Positions 9,145 through 18,543 are shown, counted from the stretch's first letter. The stretch is DNA of 46,130 bases from Nitrospinota bacterium (GCA_038108555.1 JAYNIA010000015.1:1-46130); one strand, 5' to 3'. Notes: generated by a model from the letters alone, not told the origin. Translations and numbers: made by a program.

Positions 9145-11541
9145 ATGAGTTATCAATCTGGAACAAATAATCCAAATCCTTCAGAAGGGCTTTTCTCCAA
9201 AATTTTTGGAGGGAAGAGCGGCTCATCTCTTTTGAATAGCTCCGAAAACATTCTCTCCTGTTTGAATTCAGCCCAGGCCAATTTGCTGTTTGCGGATACT
9301 AACTTCACTCTGGTCCATGCAAATGATAAATCGATTCAAACTCTGCAAACTATTTCTCAGGAAATTCAAAAAGAGTTTGGAGTCCGTCTCGATGATATTG
9401 TTGGAGGTTCTATTCACAGGTTCCACAAAGACCCCGGCCGTATTGAGAGAATTTTAAGGAATCCCTCCTCCCTGCCCCATGTTGCAGAGTTCACCTTTGG
9501 GGGTATTACGCTTGCAGCTAACGTCAATGCCATTTACGGAAACAACAGGCAGGTTATTGGCTATGTGGTGAATTGGGAAAACGTAACCAAAAAGAAAAAA
9601 ACCGAGGTTGCTATGAGCAGGGCCATGTCTATATTGCAACATGCACGTACCAACATCATGTTCGCAGATATGGATTTTAATATCACCTATGCAAACCCGG
9701 CCACAATTAATACGCTGAAAACCATTGAACAGTATCTTCCAGTAAAAGCAGAAAACCTGGTTGGAACATGCATTGATGTTTTCCACAAAGATCCGGCTCA
9801 TCAAAGAAAAATTCTTTCTGATGCCACCAACTTACCCATCGATACCAATATTCAGGTTGGATCTGAGATTCTGGATTTACTCGCAGTGGCGATTTTTGAT
9901 GATGACAACAATCGATTGGGAACCATGCTTTCATGGGATGTCATAACAAAGAAACTTGAAGCTGAAGCAGAAATCGGACGCATTAAGTCGATGATGGAAA
10001 ACATGCCCGTCAACGTAATGATGTGTGATCTGGAAGAATTCCGAATTACCTATTTAAATCCTGAATCCCTGAAAACCCTTAAACTTGTTGAAGCTTATTT
10101 GCCAGTAAAAATTGAAGAAATGCAGGGTTTATGCATTGACAGACTTCACAAGAACCCCAGTTACCAGCGAAACATTTTACTAGATCCAAAAAATCTACCG
10201 CATTCGGCCCAAATTCAGGTGGGTCCGGAGACTCTAGACCTACTGGTCAGCCCTATTTTAGACAACAAAGGCACCTACATTGGTCCCATGGTCACTTGGA
10301 GTATCATCACTGAAAAGCTGGCTTCAGAGGCTAGAGAAAAAGAACAAATGGAAAACATGCAGAATGTAATTACCCATATCACTGAAAATTCCCAGACTTT
10401 AGCAGGAGCCTCTGAAGAATTGACAGCAACCAGTCAACAAATGGCAGGCAACGCGGAGGAAACTTCCGCACAGGCTAATGTGGTTTCTGGAGCCTCTCAG
10501 GAAGTGAGCGGAAGCGTCCAAAGTGTTGCGACAGGAACAGAGGAATTAACCGCCAGCATTCGGGAAATTGCGCAAAACGCCAATGAAGCTGCACGGATCA
10601 CAACAGAAGCTGTGGAAATGGCAGAAACGACAAACAAAACTATCAATCAACTGGGAGATAGTTCCCTTGAAATCGGAAACGTCATTAAAGTCATCACCTC
10701 AATCGCAGAACAAACAAATTTGCTTGCATTGAATGCCACTATTGAAGCTGCCAGAGCAGGAGAAGCGGGAAAAGGATTTGCCGTGGTTGCGAATGAAGTA
10801 AAAGAACTGGCAAACCAAACCGGGAAAGCTACGGAGGACATCAGCCAAAGAATCTCCGCTATTCAGGGAGATACCAAACAAGCTGTGGAGGGAGTCGGGA
10901 AAATCAGCGAAATCATCAACAAGATAAACGACATATCCAACACAATCGCAAGTGCCGTTGAAGAACAAACCGCAACGGCAAACGAAATGACCCGCAGTGT
11001 TCAAGAAGCAAGTAAAGGAACGGCAGAGATCGCCAACAATATTTCAGGAGTCGCCCAGGCTGCTGAAAGCACTACCCAGGGAGCAAGCGACAGTCAAAGC
11101 GCGGCTTCAGAACTGGCACGCATTGCCGCAGAATTACAAAACGTGGTAAACCAAAATCAAAATTCTTCGGCTCAAAAAAAAACTCTATTTGAGCGGATAG
11201 GAGGAAAAGGAGCGGTCGAAGCTGCAGTTGAAGTTTTTTACGATAAGGTAATGGGCGATTCTGATTTGAAACCCTTCTTTGAAGGTGTGGACATGGGCCG
11301 GCAAAAGGGTAAGATGAAAATATTTCTAACCTATGCTTTTGGCGGAACCCCCAATTATTCCGGTAAAAATATGAGAGAAGCGCATAAAAGACTGGTTCAG
11401 GAAGGTTTGAATGAATTCCATTTTAATAAAGTTATGGAACATCTGGGTAATACTTTAAAAGAATTAAATGTTCCAAATGATTTGATTCAGGAAGCAGCGG
11501 CCATTGCACTTTCTACAAAGAATGATGTTTTGAACCGGTAA
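9145..11541 (+). CDS. Soluble methyl-accepting chemotaxis protein: 3 Aer2-like PAS domains + MCP signal domain + C-terminal group I truncated hemoglobin
   Basis: No TM segment; three repeats (HRFHKDP / DVFHKDP / DRLHKNP ... W); [38 protein letters not shown]-terminal TLFERIGG...FYDKV...L.PFF...[10 protein letters not shown]...HF. GGAGA RBS. Confidence 0.93.
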   Translation: MSYQSGTNNPNPSEGLFSKIFGGKSGSSLLNSSENILSCLNSAQANLLFADTNFTLVHANDKSIQTLQTISQEIQKEFGVRLDDIVGGSIHRFHKDPGRIERILRNPSSLPHVAEFTFGGITLAANVNAIYGNNRQVIGYVVNWENVTKKKKTEVAMSRAMSILQHARTNIMFADMDFNITYANPATINTLKTIEQYLPVKAENLVGTCIDVFHKDPAHQRKILSDATNLPIDTNIQVGSEILDLLAVAIFDDDNNRLGTMLSWDVITKKLEAEAEIGRIKSMMENMPVNVMMCDLEEFRITYLNPESLKTLKLVEAYLPVKIEEMQGLCIDRLHKNPSYQRNILLDPKNLPHSAQIQVGPETLDLLVSPILDNKGTYIGPMVTWSIITEKLASEAREKEQMENMQNVITHITENSQTLAGASEELTATSQQMAGNAEETSAQANVVSGASQEVSGSVQSVATGTEELTASIREIAQNANEAARITTEAVEMAETTNKTINQLGDSSLEIGNVIKVITSIAEQTNLLALNATIEAARAGEAGKGFAVVANEVKELANQTGKATEDISQRISAIQGDTKQAVEGVGKISEIINKINDISNTIASAVEEQTATANEMTRSVQEASKGTAEIANNISGVAQAAESTTQGASDSQSAASELARIAAELQNVVNQNQNSSAQKKTLFERIGGKGAVEAAVEVFYDKVMGDSDLKPFFEGVDMGRQKGKMKIFLTYAFGGTPNYSGKNMREAHKRLVQEGLNEFHFNKVMEHLGNTLKELNVPNDLIQEAAAIALSTKNDVLNR

Positions 11542-11581
11542 TAGTGAACGCTCTAAAAACTGTTATTAACTGGATTCTGGG

Positions 11582-11800
11582 TTAAATTTCTCCAGGAAAT
11601 CTTTTTCGATACCAATTCATTATCTGGGGATAGACCGAGTCGTCATCGGACATGTCATAATCCAGCTCCTCCTCCAAAAGGACCTGCGCCATAAGTCCCC
11701 TTTCCCTAAGCGGAACAGCACCTATTGCCAATTTTGTATTTATATTTTCCATTAAACCATCGAACTGCTCAGGGTCATCCAATTCTTCGGGCCTTTCCAT
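11582..11800 (-). CDS. Small acidic hypothetical protein (72 aa)
   Basis: Fills the intergenic gap; AGGAGA RBS before the ATG. Confidence 0.65.
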   Translation of the reverse strand: MERPEELDDPEQFDGLMENINTKLAIGAVPLRERGLMAQVLLEEELDYDMSDDDSVYPQIMNWYRKRFPGEI

Positions 11801-11903
11801 CAAACAAATCTCCTATATTTCCAATAAGCTAAATTCTTTTACAAATTGCTCGCCTGTTAATTATACTCTAAAGTAATAAACCAAACACCAAATTGAGATC
11901 TTT

Positions 11904-12851
11904 ATGGTTGGGAAAACCCCCCGTGTCGAAAAACATACCCCACCTCATTTTCCATTTGAGGCCCCTCCCTTTCGGTTGTCAATGGGATTGCTCAAAGTCC
12001 CCGAAGCGGAATGGTTTGAGATTTATAATCTGGAAGAGAGGGCAACTCAATTAAACGAAAAAAGAAAGCTACTTGCTTCTCAGAACAATGAAGTTTTTAT
12101 GGCCGACCCCGCAGCATTGAGAGCATCGGAGGAAGTTTTGGAATTGATGGTGAACCACTTGCCAACCATTCATCCCGATTTTTATGCGCGAACCAAAAAC
12201 TTCATAAAAGTTTTGGATCATTCAGGTTTTGAAGGAGAGGGGTTTCCTATCAACCCGGGAACGAATGGATTGCATCCGTTGGACTTATCGGCACGGCTCG
12301 TACAGGAGGATCTGGCGATAATGTTGCCTTCTGAAAAAGGACCGTCATCCTGGTGGTTGGCAGGAGGCAGCATCGCCTTTCCATCACGCTGGAATCTAAA
12401 AGAAAAATTTCGACAGACAATGGACGTTATTCATTCGCCCGTCCCTTTTTATAAAGAACAGCTTAAGACACCCACAAATAATTTCTTCGATTCAATGCCC
12501 ACAAACGAAATCTTTTCCCGTCGCAACTGGTCATTGCACGACAGCCCTGCCTTACGCCAGGATGGAACCCCATCCAAGAAACCAAAACCTTCAAAACAAT
12601 TTAATCCGAAAAATGTGGGTGAAAATTTATGGCTAAGAGTGGAACGACAAACCCTGCGAAAGCTTGAAATAACCGGTGCCATATTATTTACAATCCGGAT
12701 TCATTTACGACAATTAAAACAAATTGTTAATTATGATGGAGTGGCTGAGCGGTTATCCCAATCCCTTTCCGCACTTCCCTCCGAAATGCATGAATACAAA
12801 CAAACGGATGTCTTTGCAGATTCCGTACAAACCTATCTGAACCAGTTTTAA
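11904..12851 (+). CDS. DUF3445 / heme-dependent oxidative N-demethylase alpha-subunit-like protein
   Basis: RLSMGL, LVQEDL, AFPSRW, IHSPVP, RRNWS, LRVERQTLRKL..TGAILFTIR motifs. Confidence 0.85.
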   Translation: MVGKTPRVEKHTPPHFPFEAPPFRLSMGLLKVPEAEWFEIYNLEERATQLNEKRKLLASQNNEVFMADPAALRASEEVLELMVNHLPTIHPDFYARTKNFIKVLDHSGFEGEGFPINPGTNGLHPLDLSARLVQEDLAIMLPSEKGPSSWWLAGGSIAFPSRWNLKEKFRQTMDVIHSPVPFYKEQLKTPTNNFFDSMPTNEIFSRRNWSLHDSPALRQDGTPSKKPKPSKQFNPKNVGENLWLRVERQTLRKLEITGAILFTIRIHLRQLKQIVNYDGVAERLSQSLSALPSEMHEYKQTDVFADSVQTYLNQF

Positions 12852-13122
12852 AGACTTAAAGGCTCAGCAGCTTTTTCAATGAATCAAAAGTGACTTCCCT
12901 TCTCTAAAAAACACTACCTTTTTTTCCATTTATTTTCATTTTTGCATAGCATTACTTTTTCCATTTACTTTTACCCTTAAGATTTCCCTCCCCATCGACA
13001 ATAGCACCTTTTAAGCATAAAAAATATTTGCAATATAAATAGTTTTTGGATGACTTTTATCCATAGATTCTCTAACCTGATAGAACAGATCCCAATACAA
13101 TTTCAGCCCACATACGCTGACT

Positions 13123-13488
13123 ATGAAAAGCAAGGTTCTTATCGTTGATGATGAAATAAAAACCTGTGAAATTTTGCAGAATTATTTCCAAAATTTATTC
13201 GATGTCGATGTGGCCTATGACGGCCAGGAGGCAATGGAAAAAGTGGAAGCATTTAATCCCGATTGCGTTCTTCTGGATATAAAAATGCCAAATATCGATG
13301 GACTCCAGGTTCTAAAAAAATTGAAACCACGGTTTCCCGATATCAAATTTATTATGGTTACTGCGAACAGGTCGGTAAGTAAAATGATGGACTCGATTAT
13401 GAGCGACGCCTTTGATTACGTGCCCAAGCCCATTCAACTGGAAGAACTGGAAAAGAAAATTCTATTGGCTCTGGAACAACCCCATTAA
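13123..13488 (+). CDS. Single-domain response regulator (REC)
   Basis: VLIVDDE, LLDIKMP, MVTA, YVPKP. Confidence 0.92.
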   Translation: MKSKVLIVDDEIKTCEILQNYFQNLFDVDVAYDGQEAMEKVEAFNPDCVLLDIKMPNIDGLQVLKKLKPRFPDIKFIMVTANRSVSKMMDSIMSDAFDYVPKPIQLEELEKKILLALEQPH

Positions 13489-13611
13489 CCTTTTCTTAGC
13501 GATTCCCAAAACAGATTTCTGGAAACCATTTTCTTTTCCTGTTTGTTGGCAAGATTATCTTTTGTAAGACTGGGTCATGCTTTATATTTTTCAAAGTTGG
13601 GAATTGCAAGC

Positions 13612-13785
13612 TCAGCAACTTGAATTTTTTCTAAATTTGAACACCTCCCGTAAACGATCTTTCCCGTAAATTTCTACTGCAACTTTCAGGTTATCGATCA
13701 TTAACTGCTTTTCCATTTCGCTACCATAGGCCCTGGGTTTTTCAGGATCTTGAAGGGTTGCGTTTTTTTCATATGAAGGAATCAT
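13612..13785 (-). CDS. Putative 57-aa small protein (MIPSYEKNATLQD...AVEIYGKDRLREVFKFRKNSSC)
   Basis: Second ORF downstream of the minus-strand sigma54 promoter; protein-like helical composition. Not in the track. Confidence 0.45.
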   Translation of the reverse strand: MIPSYEKNATLQDPEKPRAYGSEMEKQLMIDNLKVAVEIYGKDRLREVFKFRKNSSC

Positions 13786-13805
13786 ATATTTTCTTTAAAA
13801 TGAAA

Positions 13806-13952
13806 TTATTTGGAATCAATCCCGTAAAACGTCGCCATCAGTTTTGCAATTGGACTCATGGATTTGCCCTTTGAAGAACCATTTTTCCCCGAAATTTCGG
13901 AATTTTTTAGGCCTTTTGGCTTGGAGTTGTGTTTTCTGTTAGCTGAAATCAT
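13806..13952 (-). CDS. Putative 48-aa small basic protein (MISANRKHNSKPKG...SPIAKLMATFYGIDSK)
   Basis: GAGAGG RBS 8 nt before the ATG; about 50 nt downstream of a sigma54 promoter. Not in the track. Confidence 0.5.
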   Translation of the reverse strand: MISANRKHNSKPKGLKNSEISGKNGSSKGKSMSPIAKLMATFYGIDSK

Positions 13953-14000
13953 TGCATTTTCCTCTCAAAAGATTGACGATTAGTAGTTATCCTCAGTAAC

Positions 14001-14017
14001 TGCAACCGACATGCCAA
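14001..14017 (-). promoter_or_regulatory. sigma54 (-24/-12) promoter, minus strand
   Basis: Reverse complement TTGGCATGTCGGTTGCA, GG-N10-GC, close to consensus. Confidence 0.7.
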
Positions 14018-14078
14018 AAATGAAAAACTTGTATCAAAAGGCAAATAATTTACTCAAAAGGGTATCCAAGCTTAAAAA

Positions 14079-15026
14079 ATGACGAATTTTTATTCGAAAA
14101 TTGGTATTGAAGGAGTCAAAATCGGTGGAAAACTGCTGAGGAAATCCAGATTAAACGTAAGTTTTTTGACGGTTTTAATGGTTTTTACTATGAGCCTTAA
14201 CGAAACTTCTGCAAAATGCCCGGTTCGAATGGGTTCACTTTTTCCCCCGAAACAATTTTTGGTGATTTCACAGCGAGGATCCAGCAATTTTCAAGAAAAC
14301 ACCCTGGCCGCCTTTCAAGAGGCTATAAATAAGCAAGGCGCAAATTCATTGCAGGTAGATTTAATTTTAAATTCGAAAGATAGAGTGGTTCTATCGCGGA
14401 ATAGTGCGCAGAAACCAGACACAAAACCCAGGGTCCAGAAACCCCAGCTTAAGGATTTTTTGGAGTGGGCCTCCCAGCAGCCGAAACTCAAACTGGTATT
14501 ATTCAATCTTAATGTTCCGGCAAATGATAAGGACGCTGCCATTATTCTTTTAAAAGAGTTTCAGCGGGTATTAAGTTTCTATTCCCAATTTCTACAATTT
14601 GAAATGGTATTTCTTACTCCTCATAAAGAAATACTCAAACCGCTTAAGAGTCAGTTTAAGGAATTCGATTTTTCCTATTATCGGGAAATCCGTTCCGTTG
14701 AAATTATCAATTACCATACCCACACATCGATTCCCACAGCCATGGAATTCAAAAATGATTATTCAAGCATCGGGCTTAAAAAAAATATTACAAGGCCATC
14801 AACACCTGACCCCTGGAAAATCTACAAATTCATTCTGACTTTGGATTTTAAAATAAGAGACAACTACAAAAAGAGCACAGGAAACTATATTAAAATTTTC
14901 AGCGGGACCTTTAATGATGCCCGGAAGATTAGATGCCTAATAAATTTAGGTGTGAATGGGATTGTGACCAACCATCCTGATAGGGTAAAAGAAATCGCTT
15001 TAGAATTGGGAAAAACTTTGGACTAA
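14079..15026 (+). CDS. Glycerophosphodiester phosphodiesterase-fold protein with degenerate active site (true start uncertain)
   Basis: ENTLAAFQEA and LGVNGIVTNHPD match the GDPD termini; HRG reads QRG, ExD reads QVD, and HD reads RN. Confidence 0.75.
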   Translation: MTNFYSKIGIEGVKIGGKLLRKSRLNVSFLTVLMVFTMSLNETSAKCPVRMGSLFPPKQFLVISQRGSSNFQENTLAAFQEAINKQGANSLQVDLILNSKDRVVLSRNSAQKPDTKPRVQKPQLKDFLEWASQQPKLKLVLFNLNVPANDKDAAIILLKEFQRVLSFYSQFLQFEMVFLTPHKEILKPLKSQFKEFDFSYYREIRSVEIINYHTHTSIPTAMEFKNDYSSIGLKKNITRPSTPDPWKIYKFILTLDFKIRDNYKKSTGNYIKIFSGTFNDARKIRCLINLGVNGIVTNHPDRVKEIALELGKTLD

Positions 15027-15241
15027 CTCCTCCATATTGTTGTAGCAAGTAAAAGAGGCTATAATCAGGATATGGATAAGTTTTCGCAAATTTGGAAAAA
15101 ACCTTTTTTTGCCTGCATCTTTTGTGTGATCTACTCGGCAGTGTCGTTTGCCATCGCCCTGTTTGGCAATTAAATGATTTTCTATTTTTTCTAATCACAT
15201 CCTTCCCTTAACTTTTCACCTCAATTACCGTTAAGAAACTA

Positions 15242-15341
15242 TCTTGTCCAAAGATAGGTTCGCTTCCTTCTTTGGTGTTTTGAGGTCAGCGTCATGCTGT
15301 CAAGGTTGGGGCATTAAAGCAGGAAGCGACCCTTTACAAGA
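15242..15341 (+). ncRNA. Candidate structured RNA: about 100-nt rod-like hairpin rich in G.U pairs
   Basis: Nested stems TCTTGT..AAAG / CTTTACAAGA, GGTTCGCTTCCT / AGGAAGCGACC, CTTTGGTGTTTTGA / TTGGGGCATTAAAG (14 pairs, 7 G.U) and CAGC / GCTG. Confidence 0.5.
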
Positions 15342-15484
15342 CCTTCCCTTTCTCTGCTACTCTCCCTTCCCCGTTTTTCCTATACCCAAATTTTTAATTT
15401 CATAAATAGAATTATATTTTGTTGCATAAACCCGGCATTTAGATTAATAATTTTCTAATAAACCAATTTCAAGCAAAATTCAAT

Positions 15485-15694
15485 ATGGAAGAAGAACGAA
15501 GAAGAACAGATGATTAAAACGATGGTCGTCGAAAAGGTGATAGGCGTCAAAGCATTGATCGAAGGCAATCTGATTCTTTAGACCTCAAATCCTTAAGCGC
15601 GGAAATGAAAGATATGCGCGCCCGGAGAGAACGGAGGCAAAAAGACCGGAGACAAAGAGAACGGCGGATGGAGGAAAGAAAACGCCTGGTTTAA
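15485..15694 (+). pseudogene. Small Arg-rich [DE]RR-repeat protein with in-frame TAA at 15515-15517
   Basis: MEEERRRTDD*NDGRRKGDRRQSIDRRQSD...RRERRQKDRRQRERRMEERKRLV. Not in the ORF track. Confidence 0.6.
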
Positions 15695-15773
15695 TTACCC
15701 ACCCCCGTTGATTGTTAACCTGCAAGGCTTATATTGTAATGTAAGAAACCAACCTTCAAGGAGGGTAACTTCC

Positions 15774-16871
15774 ATGAAAACAAGGCCTTTTCGCACCTCT
15801 TACCTTCTTTTTATATTCGCTTTATTACTTTCCACAAAAGCCATCGCACAGGAACATAATTCTGGCATACCCCCTGCGAAGGCAGCCGACCTCATTCATG
15901 CAGTTATCGAAGCGGGCAGAACAACCTATTCCGAAAGCATTGTCGAACATTTGAGTGAACAAAACGTTCTGGGTGCATCGGAGAACTGGCTGGACGAAAA
16001 AAACCTTCCGTTGCCGGCCCAGTTTCTGGCCATGTCTTCCCAGTTTTCAAATAACCGCGGCATTGGCATGAAGTATCGTCTTTTGAGTCTTTGGCCCATC
16101 AATAAAAAAAACTCTCCCCGAAACTCCACCGAAAAACTTGGCCTTGAAGAAGTGGCAAATGACCCGGAAAAACCATTTACCTGGATCGTCTCCCGTGAAA
16201 ACCGGTGGTATTTTGAGGCCATTTATCCTGATAGGGCCGTATCAAACTCCTGTGTCTCCTGTCACAACCTGCACCCCGACAGCCCCAAAACCGATTTTAA
16301 AAAAGGGGATGTGATGGGAGGTATCATAATTGATCTTCCCCTTGCAAAAAGATCAGAGAAAAACGTGGATGAAAAATTTTTACTGCAACCGGAAGTCGTG
16401 GCCGACTACATACATTCGGTTCTGCAATCCGACAGGGCCATTTATTCCAAACACATCGTCAATCGGCTTACCAGTGAGAAAATTTTGCAAACAAAAGAGA
16501 ACTGGGCGGATAGTAAAGCGATCATGCTTCCAGCACAGTTTTTATTAAACACCGCAGATTTAATACAGGATAGCGAATTGGATTTGAGTTTCTGGCTAAT
16601 CAGTCATTTCCCAATTAACTTACAAAACCGACCCGCCAATGAGTTTGAAGCTCATGGTCTTGAAAATGTTGAGGTTCACCCGATTCGTCCGTATGCAAAG
16701 CAAACGCAGTTGGGCAATAGAAAATACTTCCAGGCCATTAATGCAGATATTGCTTCTACAGCTGGCTGTGTTAATTGCCACAACAACCATCCGAACAGTC
16801 CCAAAAGGGATTTCAAAATCGGCGATGTCATGGGGGGAATCACACTAAACTTCCCAATCGAAGAGCAATGA
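15774..16871 (+). CDS. Periplasmic di-heme c-type protein with two tandem DUF3365 (Tll0287-like) domains
   Basis: Signal peptide; internal duplication (LPAQFL, PIN..N.P, CVSCHN..P.SPK.DFK.GDVMGG / CVNCHN...); AAGGAGG RBS. Confidence 0.9.
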   Translation: MKTRPFRTSYLLFIFALLLSTKAIAQEHNSGIPPAKAADLIHAVIEAGRTTYSESIVEHLSEQNVLGASENWLDEKNLPLPAQFLAMSSQFSNNRGIGMKYRLLSLWPINKKNSPRNSTEKLGLEEVANDPEKPFTWIVSRENRWYFEAIYPDRAVSNSCVSCHNLHPDSPKTDFKKGDVMGGIIIDLPLAKRSEKNVDEKFLLQPEVVADYIHSVLQSDRAIYSKHIVNRLTSEKILQTKENWADSKAIMLPAQFLLNTADLIQDSELDLSFWLISHFPINLQNRPANEFEAHGLENVEVHPIRPYAKQTQLGNRKYFQAINADIASTAGCVNCHNNHPNSPKRDFKIGDVMGGITLNFPIEEQ

Positions 16872-16943
16872 TGACCCCATGAATTTTTTGTGGTTAAATA
16901 TATTAACTTTAAAAAAAAATTACCCAAACTAAAGGTGTGTACT

Positions 16944-17549
16944 GTGAAAAAAAAGGTTTTTATTCTCACTGTTTTATTTTTTACATATTTTGCGAGTATC
17001 GGATTTTCCCAGGAACTTCTGGTGCTCAGTGGTGAAAAATCAAAAAACTCCAAAAGATGGAAGGAAGAAGTTCTACCCGAATATTCAACCAGCACCCCTG
17101 GGCAAACCCTTCCCGCGAGGATTGTGCCGGTTAAAGGCAACCTGTTTCCAGAATGGTTAGCTCAAGCCCTGGACGATGGCCGGGTAGGAGAAATTCTAGG
17201 CACTCCCACTTTTTTAATTTGGGATCCAGAAAAAAAAAAGGAAATCGGCCGTATAGAAGGCTATACACAAAAACCCAGATTTTTTTCCCAACTGAAAGAA
17301 GCTTTGGAACTGATAAGCCAGGGGCATCATCCTGGAAAAAGGGAAGGCTCGGGAGGGCACCAGGAGGAAGGCTCAGGGGGTGATCGCCGCCAGGAAGAGG
17401 GCTCCGCAAACAGCAGCAATATTATGGACCACATTTATAAAACCCCGGAAGAAGCAAAAAAGGCTTCTGAAGCATTGGGCCTGGGCGGGGAAATTCATTC
17501 CCACGAAACCCCTAATGGGACAATTTATATGCCCGGGGCTACTATGTAA
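16944..17549 (+). CDS. Exported SoxS-like thioredoxin-fold protein lacking CxxC, with EEGS repeats and a His/Met C-terminal module
   Basis: Signal peptide, W..EV.P.Y, TPTFLIWD..KEIGRIEGY; the CxxC position reads SKNS; tail YKTPEEAKKASEALG...HSH...YMPG. GTG start at 16944 chosen (track start 16890). Confidence 0.65.
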   Translation: MKKKVFILTVLFFTYFASIGFSQELLVLSGEKSKNSKRWKEEVLPEYSTSTPGQTLPARIVPVKGNLFPEWLAQALDDGRVGEILGTPTFLIWDPEKKKEIGRIEGYTQKPRFFSQLKEALELISQGHHPGKREGSGGHQEEGSGGDRRQEEGSANSSNIMDHIYKTPEEAKKASEALGLGGEIHSHETPNGTIYMPGATM

Positions 17550-17580
17550 CCTTCCAAAAACCACTATTAAAGCACCAAAA

Positions 17581-17612
17581 GGTTTGCGGGAATTTCCGCA
17601 AACCATTTTTTT
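17581..17612 (+). terminator. Rho-independent terminator
   Basis: GGTTTGCGG / CCGCAAACC followed by T7. Confidence 0.75.
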
Positions 17613-17718
17613 CGCTCAATGCAACATTAAGCAGAAAACATTTAAAAAACCATTGATTATTCCGGTTTGTGGTTGAATAATTTAATAGACTAAATTTACA
17701 TTTATAGATCACATTTTA

Positions 17719-18543
17719 ATGCCGGAGTCGTGGATGTCTGAGAAATTTGAATTTGCTGGAATGCGCGTTTTAATCATCGAAGATATGGTTGACAACGCCA
17801 ATCTGCTTTCAAGAATAGCTCAAAAAAACAAGCTGGAAACCGAAGTGGCCTACGAAGGCCTCAAGGGTTTTGACAGGGTCCCACTGTTTTGTCCGGATCT
17901 CATATTGCTGGATATCGGTTTGCCCGACACGGATGGTTTTGAAATTTGCCGCCGATTAAAATCTGATGACCGATTTAAAGACATACCGGTAATTTTTATT
18001 ACGGCCTTTACTGAATCCGCAGATGTGGTGAAAGGCTTTTCACTCGGTGCGGTAGACTACATAACTAAACCGTTTAGAGCGGCGGAAGTTATTTCCCGCA
18101 TCAATAATCAATTACGTATTAGAAAATTCCAAAGGGAATTAATCGCAAATGAAAATCTGTACCGGAATATTGTCGATAGAATTCCGCAACTGATTCTCAA
18201 ACTGGATACCGATAGAAAAATTACTTTCGCCAACCCCTCTTTCCAGTTTTTGGGACACAACCCCGACGATTTAATTGGGAAACCCATCGAATACCTGCTG
18301 GAGACCCCCAAAGAAACATTGGCAGAAAAAATTGCCACTAAAAACGTGGGCCCCCTTGCCACTCGAAACCTGGAAGCAAATTTACTGGTGAACTCTTCAG
18401 ATTCGCAAAACCAGGCTTCGAAAAAATTCTATATTGATGCCTCGGGAATCTGGGATGTTTCAGATGAAGATGTCTTTGACCGGAAAGTTAAGAAAAATTT
18501 TCTGGGGACCCTTTGCATAGGGAACACCACACCCTCGGAATAA
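17719..18543 (+). CDS. Response regulator (REC) + PAS, no recognisable output domain
   Basis: LIIED, LLDIGLPDTDG, FITA, YITKPF; then a PAS-like IPQLILKLD...ITFANPSF. Confidence 0.85.
   Translation: MPESWMSEKFEFAGMRVLIIEDMVDNANLLSRIAQKNKLETEVAYEGLKGFDRVPLFCPDLILLDIGLPDTDGFEICRRLKSDDRFKDIPVIFITAFTESADVVKGFSLGAVDYITKPFRAAEVISRINNQLRIRKFQRELIANENLYRNIVDRIPQLILKLDTDRKITFANPSFQFLGHNPDDLIGKPIEYLLETPKETLAEKIATKNVGPLATRNLEANLLVNSSDSQNQASKKFYIDASGIWDVSDEDVFDRKVKKNFLGTLCIGNTTPSE

Noticed and set aside
8988..9170. 60-aa ORF upstream of the MCP gene
   Set aside because: TTG start without RBS, overlaps the MCP promoter/RBS region, no protein-like features.
15242..15341. SRP RNA or 6S RNA
   Set aside because: Lacks the CAGG-GGAA-AGCAG helix-8 signature; too short and without the central bubble of 6S. 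Kept as an unassigned candidate.
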